Source of the DNA: Candidatus Eiseniibacteriota bacterium
GTDB taxonomy: Bacteria; Eisenbacteria; RBG-16-71-46; CAVPCR01
Direction: 5' to 3'
DNA: 64,000 nucleotides
Assembly: GCA_963823555.1 (NCBI GenBank)
Contig: CAWGMA010000004.1
Coordinates: 256,001-320,000, forward strand
How positions within the stretch are numbered: position 1 is the stretch's first letter; each line of letters begins with the position of its first letter. The position numbers were made by a program, and so were the translations under genes. Below are positions 1 to 10,279 of this stretch, one piece after another. The notes below the pieces were generated by a model. That model was not told the origin of the DNA. It was given only the letters and a program-made list of their open reading frames with translations, and did no database searches.

Positions 1-511
1 GCGCTTCCTGCACGCCGGGTGCCAGCGGCAGGATCTGGTCGATGAGCGCCGGCAGGACCGATTGCCCGCTGTCCTCCGCCATCACCTCGTGGAAGCGGGG
101 ATAGGCCTCATAGGGAACGCCACCGCCGTGCTTGAAACACTCGAGGATGCGATCCTCGACGCTGGCGAGAATGGGGATGTACTGGGCGAACACGGCCATG
201 TTGTCGGCTCCCCCTTCGCGTGTGAGGAAGGGGGAGTGCTCGCGCGGGAGCTGGAAGTGCGTTCCCGTCGCATCGCAATCGATGATACCTCCGACCACCA
301 TGGCACCCAGCCACTCGCGCACGTAGCGCTCGTTGAGTCCCGCGGCCGCAGCGATCTGCGGGCTGGTTGCCGGCGGCAGGGTGGAGAGGACATCGAAGAG
401 GCCCGCGCGGTGTCCGATCGAGGTCATCAGGGAGAGGGCGCCTCCGTTCATGATGTCGAGCAGGCGCTCGGCAAAGGCTTCGCCGCGGTTCATGTCGGGT
501 CGGGCTTCCAT
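1..511 (-). CDS. SAM-dependent methyltransferase with N-terminal winged-helix (Rv2258c-like); runs off the window edge
   Basis: Absent from the ORF track. Manual translation from ATG at 511 (RBS AAAGGAGA upstream) gives MEARPDMNRGEAFAERLLDIMNGGALSLMTSIGHRAGLFDVL...AAAAGLNERYVREWLGAMVVGG...GGGVPYEAYPRFHEVMAEDSGQSVLPAL, the typical N-terminus of this family. Confidence 0.85.
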   Translation of the reverse strand, partial: MEARPDMNRGEAFAERLLDIMNGGALSLMTSIGHRAGLFDVLSTLPPATSPQIAAAAGLNERYVREWLGAMVVGGIIDCDATGTHFQLPREHSPFLTREGGADNMAVFAQYIPILASVEDRILECFKHGGGVPYEAYPRFHEVMAEDSGQSVLPALIDQILPLAPGVQEA

Positions 512-704
512 GGGTGTCTCCTTTCAGGCCGAAAACGAGTCGAGGTGACGTGGATCACGTATCGACCTCAAGGTAGGCCAGGAACCGGGCATCAACCATT
601 CGGCGAACTACCGTATCGGGGCGCGCGAGATACCGTAGGCCGCGCCCCGCCGTGGCTGCGCAGGCCGGATAGCTGATTGTCTCGAAAGAGCTTGGGCGTG
701 TCCG

Positions 705-3608
705 TCAGGAGATGACGCCGAGGTCCCGGGCCTTGCCGACCGCCTCGGTGCGGCTGCGGCAATCGAGCCGGTCGAGAACGTGGCCGACATGCATGTCGAC
801 CGTGCGCGGGCTCAAGTACAAGCGGTCCGCGATCTCCTTGTTGGAGAGGCCGGTGGACATGAGTTCGAGGATTTCCACCTGCCGGCGCGTGAGCCCACCC
901 CTCGTCTCGCGGGCTCGTGCCTCGGGATGCCGCCCTTCCTCGACCCGCTCGCCGAGTTCCTCGAGCTCCCGGGCGATTCGCGCTGCCAGCGGGCGAGCCC
1001 CGAGCTTCCGGGCCAGGTGGTAGGCGCTCGTCAGGTGCCGCACGGCCTCCTTCCCGTCCCCTGCCCGTCGCTTCGCCACGCCGGTGCGGTAGAGGGCCAG
1101 TGACTGCTCGAGCGGTGCATCGAGTTTCTCCATGTGGAGGATGGCAATATCGAACTGCTTGCCAGCCTCCGCCGGCTTCTTCTCGAGCAAGGTCACCTCG
1201 CCGAGGGCGTAGGCGAGCCCGGCCAGGGCCTCGGGGTTCCCGGTCGCGGCGGCGATCGACGCCAGTTCCTCGGCACAGGTCGCCGTCATGCGCTCGTCAC
1301 CGCGTTCGGCGAAGAACGTGGCAGCCCAGCACAACCAGGGAATGATGTCGTGACGATCCTCGGTCTGGCGCCAGCGCTCGATGAGCTGCCGGTAGCCGCT
1401 CTCCGCCGCGGCGGCATCACCCTCGTTCTCGCTGACGATGGCGAGGCCGTAGAGGGCGCACAGCTCCATCGCCGTGAGCTCCTGCCGGCGCGAAATATCG
1501 AGGGACGATTGCAGCAATCGCCGGGCCTGCTTCACTTCTCCACGCTGGGCGCGCACCAACCCGGAGACGCCATCGGCGATGCCGCGGGCCCCGGGTGGCG
1601 CCTCCTCGGGGGCCAGGATCTCGCGACACACCTCGAGCGTGCGCTTCCATTCACCGGTGCGGTAGACGATGTAGGACAGGCAGCCGAGACAGGTTTGCGC
1701 CGCGGTATCGACACCCTGCGTGCGGCAGTAGTCGAACGCCGTGAAATAGGCGTCGCGGGCTCCGGCATAGTTGGAGCCGAATTCGAGCACGCTCCCCAGC
1801 CGGCGATAGACCTCTGCGGCCGCCTCGGTGAGGCGGTGCTCGAGCGCAAGCGAGAGGCCGGCATTCACGAGATTCCGCCCAGCATCGAATTCGCCCTGCA
1901 TCGCCTTCAAGTTGCCCTCGAGGCCGAGCGCGCGAGCCTTGATATCCCAGCGCTGCGTCTTCTCGGCAAGGATGACGGCGGTGCGGACCGCATCGAGTGC
2001 GGAGTCGTAGAGAAGCGCGGCCGTGTAGCGGCCGCCGAGCGCGAGCCACTCCAGGGCTTCCTCGGCGGGCTGACCGGCCTCCGCAAACGCCTTCGCCGCG
2101 GCGCGCCGCACCTGGACCGACTGCTCCCAGGCGCCTTCGAGCTGGTGCACCGTGGCGAGCGAACGCAGAGCCTCCGCCCGGCGCGCGGGGTCGGCAGCGA
2201 GCGACGGATGATCGGCCATCTCGCGCAGTGCCCGCACCGCATCGCCGAGCTGGCCGCTCACCTGGGCGCAGTGGGCGAGCTGGGCGAGCGCATCGAGGCG
2301 GGCTTCGATCTCCTCATCGTCGGGCCATACCTCGAGCGCGCGGCCAGCCGCCCGGGCGGCGTCGCGGTAGGCGTGGAGCTTGCACGAACGCTCGGCCGAT
2401 GCGAGGAGCGCCCGCCGGGCGGGAGCATCCTCACGGGCCTCGAGCCAGTGCTCGGCCACGATCTCCGGGGACAGGCCGGCGCTCTCGGCCGCCGCCGCGA
2501 TGCTCCGATGCAAGGCTCGACGCCGCGACCAGGTGATCTCGCCGCGAACCGCCTCGCGCATGATGGCGTGCCGAAACGCCCCGCGCCCGGGCTCGGGCTC
2601 GGCGACGAGCGAGCTGGCAAAGAGCTCATCGAGGCCCTGCTCGCCGCCCGCGAGGCGACACACCATCTCCAGATCGAACTCCGTGCCGGCAACGGCCGCC
2701 ACCTCGATCAGCCGGCGGGCATCCTCTGAAAGTCCGTCGAGCTTGAGGAGCACCGCATCGCGAATGCTCTCCGGAATGGGAACGCTGTCGCCGGGAACGA
2801 CGGCGATCCGGTCGCCCTCGGGTCTGAGGCGGCGTCGGGAAATGAGGGCGCTCGTGAGCTCCTCGATGTAGAGCGGGAAGCCCTGCGTCTGCGCGTGAAT
2901 CAGATCCGCCAGCTCGGCGGTTGGCTCGGCGTTCAAGAGCCGCGTCACCAGGGAGCGCGTTTGATCTGGATCGAGGGGGCCAACCGGGACTTCTCGCCAG
3001 CGCCGAGCCCGCCTGAGCGAGTGGCGCAGGCGGCGCAGTGGGTGGTCGCGTCCGATCCCGTCGGTGTGGTAGGTCGCGAGGATGATGAGGCGTTCTGTAC
3101 CGAGCCGATCGTCGAGCTCAGGAAGCAGCTCGAGGGTCGCATGGTCCGCCCATTGCAGATCGTCGAGGAAGACCGCGGTCGGATGCCGCCTCGTCTTCGC
3201 CGCCAGGGCGCCGGCGATGGCTTCGATCAAGGTACCGGGTGAAGCGCTGGGTGGAGCGTCACCCATCTCGGGCATGAGGACCGCGAGGTGGGAGGCCAGG
3301 GGACCACACTCGTCCGCCAGATCCGGGTTGGAACGCAAGCAGGCGCGAAGGGCCGTGGCCATGGGGCCATAGGCGGGGGTCGCGTCCTCGCGCGCGCGGC
3401 CTGCGAGCACGGCGAAGTCGCTCCGGGCCAGGGCCTCCTCGGCGAGTCGGGTGAGTCCGACACCACCCTCTCCGGACACGAACACGAGGCCGCCCTCGCC
3501 CTTCCGGGCGAGCGCCAGAGCCTGCGTCAGCTTGGTGAGCTCACGATCGCGACCGATGAGGGGGGAAGGCATGCTCCGAGCCCGGGATGCGTTCTGCTTC
3601 GGCGCCAT
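705..3608 (-). CDS. Large ATP-binding LuxR-family regulator (AAA/STAND ATPase + TPR + C-terminal HTH)
   Basis: LIGRDREL, degenerate Walker A GEGGVGLT, DDLQWAD Walker B, C-terminal LTRRQVEIL...GLSNKEIADRLYLSPRTVDMHV. Start placed at MAPKQ (3608). Confidence 0.9.
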   Translation of the reverse strand: MAPKQNASRARSMPSPLIGRDRELTKLTQALALARKGEGGLVFVSGEGGVGLTRLAEEALARSDFAVLAGRAREDATPAYGPMATALRACLRSNPDLADECGPLASHLAVLMPEMGDAPPSASPGTLIEAIAGALAAKTRRHPTAVFLDDLQWADHATLELLPELDDRLGTERLIILATYHTDGIGRDHPLRRLRHSLRRARRWREVPVGPLDPDQTRSLVTRLLNAEPTAELADLIHAQTQGFPLYIEELTSALISRRRLRPEGDRIAVVPGDSVPIPESIRDAVLLKLDGLSEDARRLIEVAAVAGTEFDLEMVCRLAGGEQGLDELFASSLVAEPEPGRGAFRHAIMREAVRGEITWSRRRALHRSIAAAAESAGLSPEIVAEHWLEAREDAPARRALLASAERSCKLHAYRDAARAAGRALEVWPDDEEIEARLDALAQLAHCAQVSGQLGDAVRALREMADHPSLAADPARRAEALRSLATVHQLEGAWEQSVQVRRAAAKAFAEAGQPAEEALEWLALGGRYTAALLYDSALDAVRTAVILAEKTQRWDIKARALGLEGNLKAMQGEFDAGRNLVNAGLSLALEHRLTEAAAEVYRRLGSVLEFGSNYAGARDAYFTAFDYCRTQGVDTAAQTCLGCLSYIVYRTGEWKRTLEVCREILAPEEAPPGARGIADGVSGLVRAQRGEVKQARRLLQSSLDISRRQELTAMELCALYGLAIVSENEGDAAAAESGYRQLIERWRQTEDRHDIIPWLCWAATFFAERGDERMTATCAEELASIAAATGNPEALAGLAYALGEVTLLEKKPAEAGKQFDIAILHMEKLDAPLEQSLALYRTGVAKRRAGDGKEAVRHLTSAYHLARKLGARPLAARIARELEELGERVEEGRHPEARARETRGGLTRRQVEILELMSTGLSNKEIADRLYLSPRTVDMHVGHVLDRLDCRSRTEAVGKARDLGVIS

Positions 3609-3679
3609 GAAGCCCGAGGATACCCTGCTCCCTGCAACACGGCAAACGGCTGCCGCGGGCCACAGCAAACGGCCGGGGG

Positions 3680-6292
3680 CTAGCGGACGAGGACGACCTT
3701 CCTCGTCATCGACTCGGCACCGACCTGGAGCTGGCAGAGATACACACCGGAGTCGAGCGGGCGCCCGGCGTGATCGCGGCCATCCCATTCGACACTCCCG
3801 ATGCCGGCATCGAGCAGAGCATCGAGCACGAGCCGCACCATCCGGCCCTTGCTGTCATAGATGCGCACGACGACGCGCGCCGGTGCCGGGAGCTCGAAGT
3901 CGATCGTCGTCCGTGGGTTGAATGGGTTCGGGCGATTCGGGTGGAGGGCGACACGAGCCGGGACGGGGTTCGTGACCGTGATCGCGCCCAGGGCGAAGGA
4001 CTCGCTCGTCCCTTGCCGATCGATCGCTTCGAGCCGGTACTCGTACCGGTTTCCGGATTCCACCATCGTATCGGTGTGCTCGTATTCCCCACCAGCCGCG
4101 GCGGCCGGCACCATCTCGCCCGTGATGCGCATGAAATGACTCGCGCCGGTCTCCCGGCGATGGAGATGGAATCCGGCGTGGCCCACCTCGAATGCGGTCT
4201 TCCAGCGCACGACCACGGCCGTGCCGGATTGAGCCAGGGCAAACGACTCGAGTTCGACCGCCTGCGGGGGCCCGATCTCGACCGTCGTCGAGGCCGTGTT
4301 CTGTGCCTGCATGTCATCGATGACGAGGAGCGTGACCGTGTAGGTGCCCTCAGCCGCGTAGGCCTGATAACCCATCGGCCCGTTGCCGACCCCGCCGTTG
4401 CCGAAGTCCCAGATGTAGCTCGTGATCGTCCCGTCAGGATCGTGCGATGCAGTGCCGTCGAAGGTCATGAGGCGGCCGATCTCTCCTGCGTACGGGCCGC
4501 CCGGATCGGCGATGGGAGCCTGGTTGGCGGGCACCCCGACCAGCACCGCCTCCCAGGCGAGCGTCACCTGGGCCGCGAAGTCCCCGGATGGATCGAGATC
4601 CTCGGCCGCTGCGATGCTTCCTGCCTTGCCGTCTTCCATGTCCGAGGTCTCGGTCCAGTAGAAGCGGTTGGCGCGATGCAGGATCTTGAACGCCGAGTCG
4701 ATGCCGATCCCGGTCACGGTGCGACCGTTCAGGGTGCCGCCCGCCGAGAGCAGGTGGAACATCTTGTTGGGAACGCCGCTGTTGGTATGCACGCCGCAGA
4801 AGTCGTTGAGCTCGCCCGGGACGCAGTTTTCGACCGGAATCCATCCCGAGCATCGGTAGCAGTCGGGGTCGCCGAAGGCCCGGGGATTCGCCATGTCGCG
4901 GAATCCCGTGCCATTGAAACCCTCTCCGATGCGCCAGCTCGGTGTGCCGCGGGCGGCGAGGAGACGAGCTCCGATCATGTCCGAGTACGACTCGTTGAGG
5001 GCTCCGGACTCCTTCTCATAGACGAGATTCGACGTGTGTTCGGTGACCGCATGGCCCCATTCGTGAGCCACGATGTCGAGGCTGCCCGACATCGGGTTGA
5101 ACTGGGCGGAGACCGTACAGTAACTCACCTGGGTTCCATCCCAGTAGGCGTTGTTCTGGCATGCAGCATCAGCCACCGTGCTGACGAGGGAGCCGCCACC
5201 GCCGTCGAACCCGTTGATCTCGACGTGACCGAGGAGGAAGTCGTAGACCATCGCGGCGTAGACATGGGCATCGACAGCCGGCGCCTGGTCGGGACGGCCC
5301 CAGATGTTGTCCTCGTCCGTCATCAGCATGCCCGGCAGGCCGTCGGAATAGAGATAGGTCCGGATCGTCGACGTGTCCGGCATGGCCCCATGGTGTCCGT
5401 GCACATCGTTGTTTGCCTGCCGGGTCGTGTCCTCCATGCGATAGACGCTGTCATCGAAATAAGTGTCGATGTGAGATTGCTCGTTTCCCAGCACGCCGAG
5501 GCCGATTCCGATCGCGGGACCGGCCGTGGCCCCGGCCGCCGGCAACGCCTCGTACGTGATGCGATTGACCTTGTGGAACAACTCGCCGGTCGAAGCGTCG
5601 ACGAAGACCTCCCAGCGTCCCGGGGGAGCCAGGACCCGGCCGCGGACGAGCCAGGCCAGATGATCATGGCCCTGGAAGCGGACGACAACGAGCTCGGCGC
5701 GCGCGGCGCCGGGCTCGGTGCCGATCTCCGCCGCTGCCTCGCTCTCGGCCGCGGCCGCTGAGATCGCCGGCATCGTGTCGAGCGCGAGGCCGGGAACCAC
5801 CTCGCCGTTGAGGACGCGGAGAACCGCATCGCCGCTGAAGTGGGCGCGGAGGTCGCCATGCAGGACCGGGATGCCGCGATGGTACTGGCGAAGTCGCAGG
5901 TGCGTCATCCCGAGCTGATCGCGCTCGATCGCTGCCACGCGGAACTCGCTCGCCGCGGGGTCGAGGCCGAAGGCGGCGGCATGCAACTCGAGAAAGCGGC
6001 GGACCACCCCCGCATAGTCGTCGCCCGCGACCGGGGTGGACAGGGTGCCGGCGATGAAGTCCGGAATTCCTGCCTCTCCCATCTTGAGGCGATCAATGGG
6101 GTGTAGCGCCGCGATCTTCGCCAAGGCCTGGGCGCGAGCCCCGAGGGAGGCCTCGCCGCCGGCGGAGTCCGGAGGGGCAGGAGGCAGCTCGCCGTCGGCG
6201 GTCCCAACTGCGAAGAGGCCCCCCGCGAGAAGGCAGAGGACCACGAGCGGCACCCGCGGGTGCCGCGGAAAGGCGTTCGACCGGCCCAACAT
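3680..6292 (-). CDS. Secreted M4 (thermolysin-like) metalloprotease with FTP/PepSY propeptide, PKD domain and C-terminal FlgD-Ig sorting-type domain
   Basis: Signal peptide, NNAYWDG, HEWGH, GALNESYSD, GVHTNSG, PKD (SYIWDFGNG), PNPFNP...WDGRD...SGVY tail. Confidence 0.92.
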   Translation of the reverse strand: MLGRSNAFPRHPRVPLVVLCLLAGGLFAVGTADGELPPAPPDSAGGEASLGARAQALAKIAALHPIDRLKMGEAGIPDFIAGTLSTPVAGDDYAGVVRRFLELHAAAFGLDPAASEFRVAAIERDQLGMTHLRLRQYHRGIPVLHGDLRAHFSGDAVLRVLNGEVVPGLALDTMPAISAAAAESEAAAEIGTEPGAARAELVVVRFQGHDHLAWLVRGRVLAPPGRWEVFVDASTGELFHKVNRITYEALPAAGATAGPAIGIGLGVLGNEQSHIDTYFDDSVYRMEDTTRQANNDVHGHHGAMPDTSTIRTYLYSDGLPGMLMTDEDNIWGRPDQAPAVDAHVYAAMVYDFLLGHVEINGFDGGGGSLVSTVADAACQNNAYWDGTQVSYCTVSAQFNPMSGSLDIVAHEWGHAVTEHTSNLVYEKESGALNESYSDMIGARLLAARGTPSWRIGEGFNGTGFRDMANPRAFGDPDCYRCSGWIPVENCVPGELNDFCGVHTNSGVPNKMFHLLSAGGTLNGRTVTGIGIDSAFKILHRANRFYWTETSDMEDGKAGSIAAAEDLDPSGDFAAQVTLAWEAVLVGVPANQAPIADPGGPYAGEIGRLMTFDGTASHDPDGTITSYIWDFGNGGVGNGPMGYQAYAAEGTYTVTLLVIDDMQAQNTASTTVEIGPPQAVELESFALAQSGTAVVVRWKTAFEVGHAGFHLHRRETGASHFMRITGEMVPAAAAGGEYEHTDTMVESGNRYEYRLEAIDRQGTSESFALGAITVTNPVPARVALHPNRPNPFNPRTTIDFELPAPARVVVRIYDSKGRMVRLVLDALLDAGIGSVEWDGRDHAGRPLDSGVYLCQLQVGAESMTRKVVLVR

Positions 6293-6385
6293 CGCGCACC
6301 TCCGTTCGTTCGGCGGCGCTGGGAGCAGCCCGAAGGAGGGGAGGAGTCGAGGATGACAAGAAGACCCACTGGTAGGAAACGGAAA

Positions 6386-6417
6386 TCGGGGCGGCGATCA
6401 CCAGATCGCCGCCCCGA
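6386..6417 (-). terminator. Probable intrinsic terminator downstream of the DUF4412-like gene
   Basis: Perfect 14-bp stem TCGGGGCGGCGATC-acca-GATCGCCGCCCCGA followed on the minus strand by TTTCCGTTTCC. Confidence 0.6.
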
Positions 6418-6470
6418 AGCTGCAGGGACCTAGAATCAGCTACCGGGCTTCGCCCCGGCGCCCCTGCCGG

Positions 6471-7259
6471 TTATTTCCCGGACGGCGCTCCGCCCACGTT
6501 CTGCCCGATCTCATCGCCCACGAACTGGCCGGCCATGGCTCCGAGCGGGCCCCCGAGCATGCCGCCCATGGAGCTGCCCATCGCGCCGCCCATCATGCCG
6601 CCGGTCATCGATCCCATCATGCCGCCCATCCCCTTCGGCATGCTGGCCATCATCTGGTCGAGATCCATGACCTCGTAGCCCTTCGGCACCTCGAACAGCT
6701 CCGCCGGCTGCGGGCCGAACTGGTAGTTCTTGAAGTCGACGCGCGTGCCCTCCGATTCCATGCGCAGCGGCAGGTGCGTCTTGGCATCGATCCACATGAG
6801 CCCCGAGCCCTCTTCATACGTCACGCGGTACTTGTCGGCTTCCTTGCCGTCAATCGTCTCCTTGCCGAGGGACTCGATCTTCCCCTCCGGCGCTGCCGCA
6901 GCCTCCTCCTCGCTGCTCATCTTGTTCGCCATCTCCTCGGCGGCGGCGAGCGACTGCTTCATCGCCTTCTTCTGCTCTGGCATGAGTGTGATCATGGTGC
7001 GCCGCTCATCATCGAGCATGATCATGGCCACCTCGTTGCCATCGGCCGTCATGTCCATGCGCGATTTGGCGCCATCCACAGCGCGCTTCATGACCATGGT
7101 CTTGCCATCCTTGATGATGTGCATGTCGACGCTGTAGGCGGAGGGATATCCCTCGGGGCCGGGCGCCGGTTCGTTCGCCGAGCCGGGGAGCGCGGGACCC
7201 GACAGGATGAGAAGGGCCGACAGGCAGCCCACGAGTCCGGCGCGAGAGTCTCTGAACAT
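6471..7259 (-). CDS. Exported DUF4412/LolA-like protein with Met/Gly-rich glycine-zipper tail
   Basis: Signal peptide, LGKETIDGKEADKY, WID..THLPLR, FEVPKGY motifs, C-terminal GMGGMMG...GAMAGQFVG. Confidence 0.65.
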   Translation of the reverse strand: MFRDSRAGLVGCLSALLILSGPALPGSANEPAPGPEGYPSAYSVDMHIIKDGKTMVMKRAVDGAKSRMDMTADGNEVAMIMLDDERRTMITLMPEQKKAMKQSLAAAEEMANKMSSEEEAAAAPEGKIESLGKETIDGKEADKYRVTYEEGSGLMWIDAKTHLPLRMESEGTRVDFKNYQFGPQPAELFEVPKGYEVMDLDQMMASMPKGMGGMMGSMTGGMMGGAMGSSMGGMLGGPLGAMAGQFVGDEIGQNVGGAPSGK

Positions 7260-7295
7260 GGATGTAACCTCCTTAGGGTGGAGCCGCGCGGGTCG

Positions 7296-9704
7296 TTACC
7301 GCGCGGGGGTGGGGGCGGGACGGTGCGGCCTGGCGGCGGGTGTCGTGGACGCGTGCGCCGGGTCGGGAACCGGTGGCTTTCCCGGATGCCCGGCCTCATC
7401 GAGGGCCTTCACGATGCGGTCGGGTGTGATGGGGAGCTGGTAGAAGCGAACGCCGATCGCATCGTGGATCGCGTTGGCGACCGCGGGGAGGATCGGCAGG
7501 AGAGGGCCCTCGCCCGCTTCCTTGGCGCCGTAGGGACCCTCGGGATCGCTGGTCTCGACGAGGATGACCTCGACCTCGGGCATCTGCTTCGCGGACAGCG
7601 TACGGTAGTCGAGGAGGTTCGGGTTCTCGAGGTTGGCGCGGTTGAAGTCCATCGATTCGCAGAGCACCTGACCGAGCCCCATGTGGATGCAGCCTTCGAT
7701 CTGACCGGTGACGGCGAGCGGGTTGAGGGCACGCCCGCAGTCGTGGGCCGCCCACACCTTGTGCACGCGCACATCGCCGGTCTCGGGATCGACCTGGACC
7801 CGCGCCGCATAGGCCTGGAACGAATAGGAGGGGGATAGCCCGGCGGCGGCGCCCTTGTGCTTCCCGCCCATCGGGGGTGCGGCGGCGTAGGCGCCGCGCG
7901 CGATGAGCGCACCGGTTTTGGCCAGCGCTTCGGTCAGGGCTTCCATGTACGTGACCGCCACCGCCGGGTTGGGAGCGTAGATCACCTGCTCGTCCTTGAG
8001 CACGAAGCCCTCGGCGGGGTAGCCGGTCAAGCGCGCCGCAGCCGCCACGAGCTGCGCGCGGATCTCCTCGGCGGCCTTACGCGCGGCGTTTCCGGCCATG
8101 AAGGTGACGCGGCTCGAATAGGAGCCCAGGTCGATGGGGGCCAGGTCCGAATCCCGGGCGTAGATACGGATGCGGTCGAGCTTGACGCCGAGGGGCTCGG
8201 CGACGCACTGCGCGAGCATGGTGTCCGAGCCCTGGCCGATCTCGGCGGCCAGCGAATGCACGGTGATCCCGCCATCCATGTCGATCTTGAGATGGACTGT
8301 CGACTGCGGGAGCGTCGTCCAGTGGATGGGGAGGGCGGAGCCCGAGATATAGAACCCGCAGGCGATGCCGATCCCTTCGCCGTACGGTAACCGGCGGAAC
8401 GTCGAGTCCCAGTCGCTCGCCGCGCGCACGCGCTCCAGGCATTCGCGCGTACCGTTCGAGGTAATGCGGAATTCGTTCAGGGTCTTGGTGAACGGCGGAA
8501 GCAGGTTGTGGAGGCGGAGTTCGATCGGATCCCAGCCCGCGTCCTCGGCCAGCTGATCGATGAGGACTTCCATGGCGAACCGGGAGTTGACCGCCCCGTG
8601 CCCGCGCATGGCACCGCAGGGCGGCTTGTTGGTGTAGACGCGCCGCCCGGTGTAGTGGAAGTTCCGGATCCGGTACGGCCCCATGCAGAGGACGCCGTTG
8701 TAGTAGGTGGTCACGACGCCGAACGAGCCCCAGGCGCCGCCGTCGATCTTCGCGTCCAGCTCGAGCGCCGAGAGCTTCATCTCGGCATCGAGCGCGATCT
8801 TCATCTCGGTACGCGTCGGGTGCCGGCCATGGTTGGTGAGGAAGACCTCCTCGCGGTCGAAGAGGATCTTCACCGGGCGCCCGGCCCGCCGGGACAGGAG
8901 CGAGGCGATCATCTCGTGCGGGAAGGGATCCGACTTGCCGCCAAAGGCGCCGCCGACCATCGGGCGGATGACGCGGATCCGGTGCATCTCCATCGCCATC
9001 ACCTTGGCCAGGGCGCGATGCAGGTAGTGCGGCACCTGGGTGGCGGACCAGACATGGAGGCGGCCGTCGGCATCGTAGTGCGCGATCACGCAGTGCGGCT
9101 CGGTGAAGGCATGGCCGACGCCGGTGAAGCGGAACTGACCCTCGCGCACGAAAGCCGCCTCGCCGAAGGCGGCAGCGACGTCCCCGAAGTTCTGCTCGAC
9201 CACCTTCTGGACGTTGGTGCCGTCGAGTGTCTTGTCGTGGATGGGGTGAGACGTCGTCTTCATCCCCTCCTCGATCGAGAGAATGGCGGGAAGCTCCTCG
9301 TATTCGACGTCGATGGCGCGCACAGCCCGGAGCGCTGTCTCCTCGTCCTCGGCGGCCACCCCAGCCACGCAATCGCCGATGTAGCGTACGCGATCGATGG
9401 CGAGTGCGGTCTCATCCTCCGAGATGGGGAGAACACCGAATCGGGCATCGGACTCGGAACCGGTGACGACGGCACGCACACCGGGAATCGCTGCGGCGCG
9501 GGAGATGTCGATGTGCACGATGCGGCCGTAGGGGATCGGGCTGCGCAGGATCTTGCCGACGAGCATCCCCGGGAGCTTGAGGTCGTCCGTGTAGATGGCC
9601 TCGCCGGTCACCTTGCCGCGGGCGTCGACGAGCGGCACCGAGCGGCCGACGATCTGGGGGCTCTCGTCATGGAAGTGGGGGTGTCGCGTGCGGGGATCGC
9701 TCAA
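7296..9704 (-). CDS. Xanthine dehydrogenase-family molybdopterin-binding subunit, 4-hydroxybenzoyl-CoA reductase alpha (HcrA)-like
   Basis: KVTGEAIYTDD, GGAFGGK, PPCGAMRGHG, EIGQGS, GSYSSRVTFMAGNA, GPYGAKEAGEG. TTG start overlaps the upstream TGA. Confidence 0.88.
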   Translation of the reverse strand: MSDPRTRHPHFHDESPQIVGRSVPLVDARGKVTGEAIYTDDLKLPGMLVGKILRSPIPYGRIVHIDISRAAAIPGVRAVVTGSESDARFGVLPISEDETALAIDRVRYIGDCVAGVAAEDEETALRAVRAIDVEYEELPAILSIEEGMKTTSHPIHDKTLDGTNVQKVVEQNFGDVAAAFGEAAFVREGQFRFTGVGHAFTEPHCVIAHYDADGRLHVWSATQVPHYLHRALAKVMAMEMHRIRVIRPMVGGAFGGKSDPFPHEMIASLLSRRAGRPVKILFDREEVFLTNHGRHPTRTEMKIALDAEMKLSALELDAKIDGGAWGSFGVVTTYYNGVLCMGPYRIRNFHYTGRRVYTNKPPCGAMRGHGAVNSRFAMEVLIDQLAEDAGWDPIELRLHNLLPPFTKTLNEFRITSNGTRECLERVRAASDWDSTFRRLPYGEGIGIACGFYISGSALPIHWTTLPQSTVHLKIDMDGGITVHSLAAEIGQGSDTMLAQCVAEPLGVKLDRIRIYARDSDLAPIDLGSYSSRVTFMAGNAARKAAEEIRAQLVAAAARLTGYPAEGFVLKDEQVIYAPNPAVAVTYMEALTEALAKTGALIARGAYAAAPPMGGKHKGAAAGLSPSYSFQAYAARVQVDPETGDVRVHKVWAAHDCGRALNPLAVTGQIEGCIHMGLGQVLCESMDFNRANLENPNLLDYRTLSAKQMPEVEVILVETSDPEGPYGAKEAGEGPLLPILPAVANAIHDAIGVRFYQLPITPDRIVKALDEAGHPGKPPVPDPAHASTTPAARPHRPAPTPAR

Positions 9705-10273
9705 CGCCGCCCTCCCCGAGCGCCTTCGGCTACGGGCCCCCCGGCGGCCGCCGCGCGCTCCTCGGCCGCGGCGAGGCGGATGGCCTCGATGATCTTCACG
9801 TAGCCAGTACAGCGGCAGAGATTGCCCGAGATCGCCTCCCGGATCTCCCCTTCGTCGGGGTCGGGGTTCTCATCGAGCAGCGTGCGCGCGGTCATGATGA
9901 ACCCGGGAGTGCAGAATCCGCACTGTGAGCCGCCGGCCTCGGCGAAGAAGCGCTGCAGCGAGTCGAGCGCGGCCCCGTCGCGCAGGCCCTCGATCGTGGT
10001 GATCGACTTGCCGGAGCACTCGAGGGCGAGGGTGAGACAGGCGAGTCGCGGCCGGCCGTCCACGTGGACCGTGCAACAGCCGCAGGTTCCCATGTCGCAG
10101 CCGCGCTTGGTGCCCGTCAGGTTGAGCCGCTCGCGCAGCACATCGAGGAGCACGTCATAAGGCCGGACCGTCACCGTGAGCGGAGCCCCATTGACCTCGA
10201 GCGTGATCACTCGCGGCGAGATGTCGGGAGTCTCGGGAGGTGCAGGGAGGGGATGGCCGGAACCGTGCGTCAT
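9701..10273 (-). CDS. 2x[2Fe-2S] small subunit (CoxS/HcrC-like)
   Basis: GTKRGCDMGTCGCCTV, QCGFCTPG, GNLCRCTGY. Start at MTHGSG (10273), supported by an adjacent promoter. Confidence 0.92.
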   Translation of the reverse strand: MTHGSGHPLPAPPETPDISPRVITLEVNGAPLTVTVRPYDVLLDVLRERLNLTGTKRGCDMGTCGCCTVHVDGRPRLACLTLALECSGKSITTIEGLRDGAALDSLQRFFAEAGGSQCGFCTPGFIMTARTLLDENPDPDEGEIREAISGNLCRCTGYVKIIEAIRLAAAEERAAAAGGPVAEGARGGRR

Positions 10274-10279
10274 GGGCGG

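Noticed and set aside
62..676. 204-aa plus-strand ORF at the window start
   Set aside because: Antisense to the real methyltransferase gene (1..511, minus), which has an RBS and family motifs.
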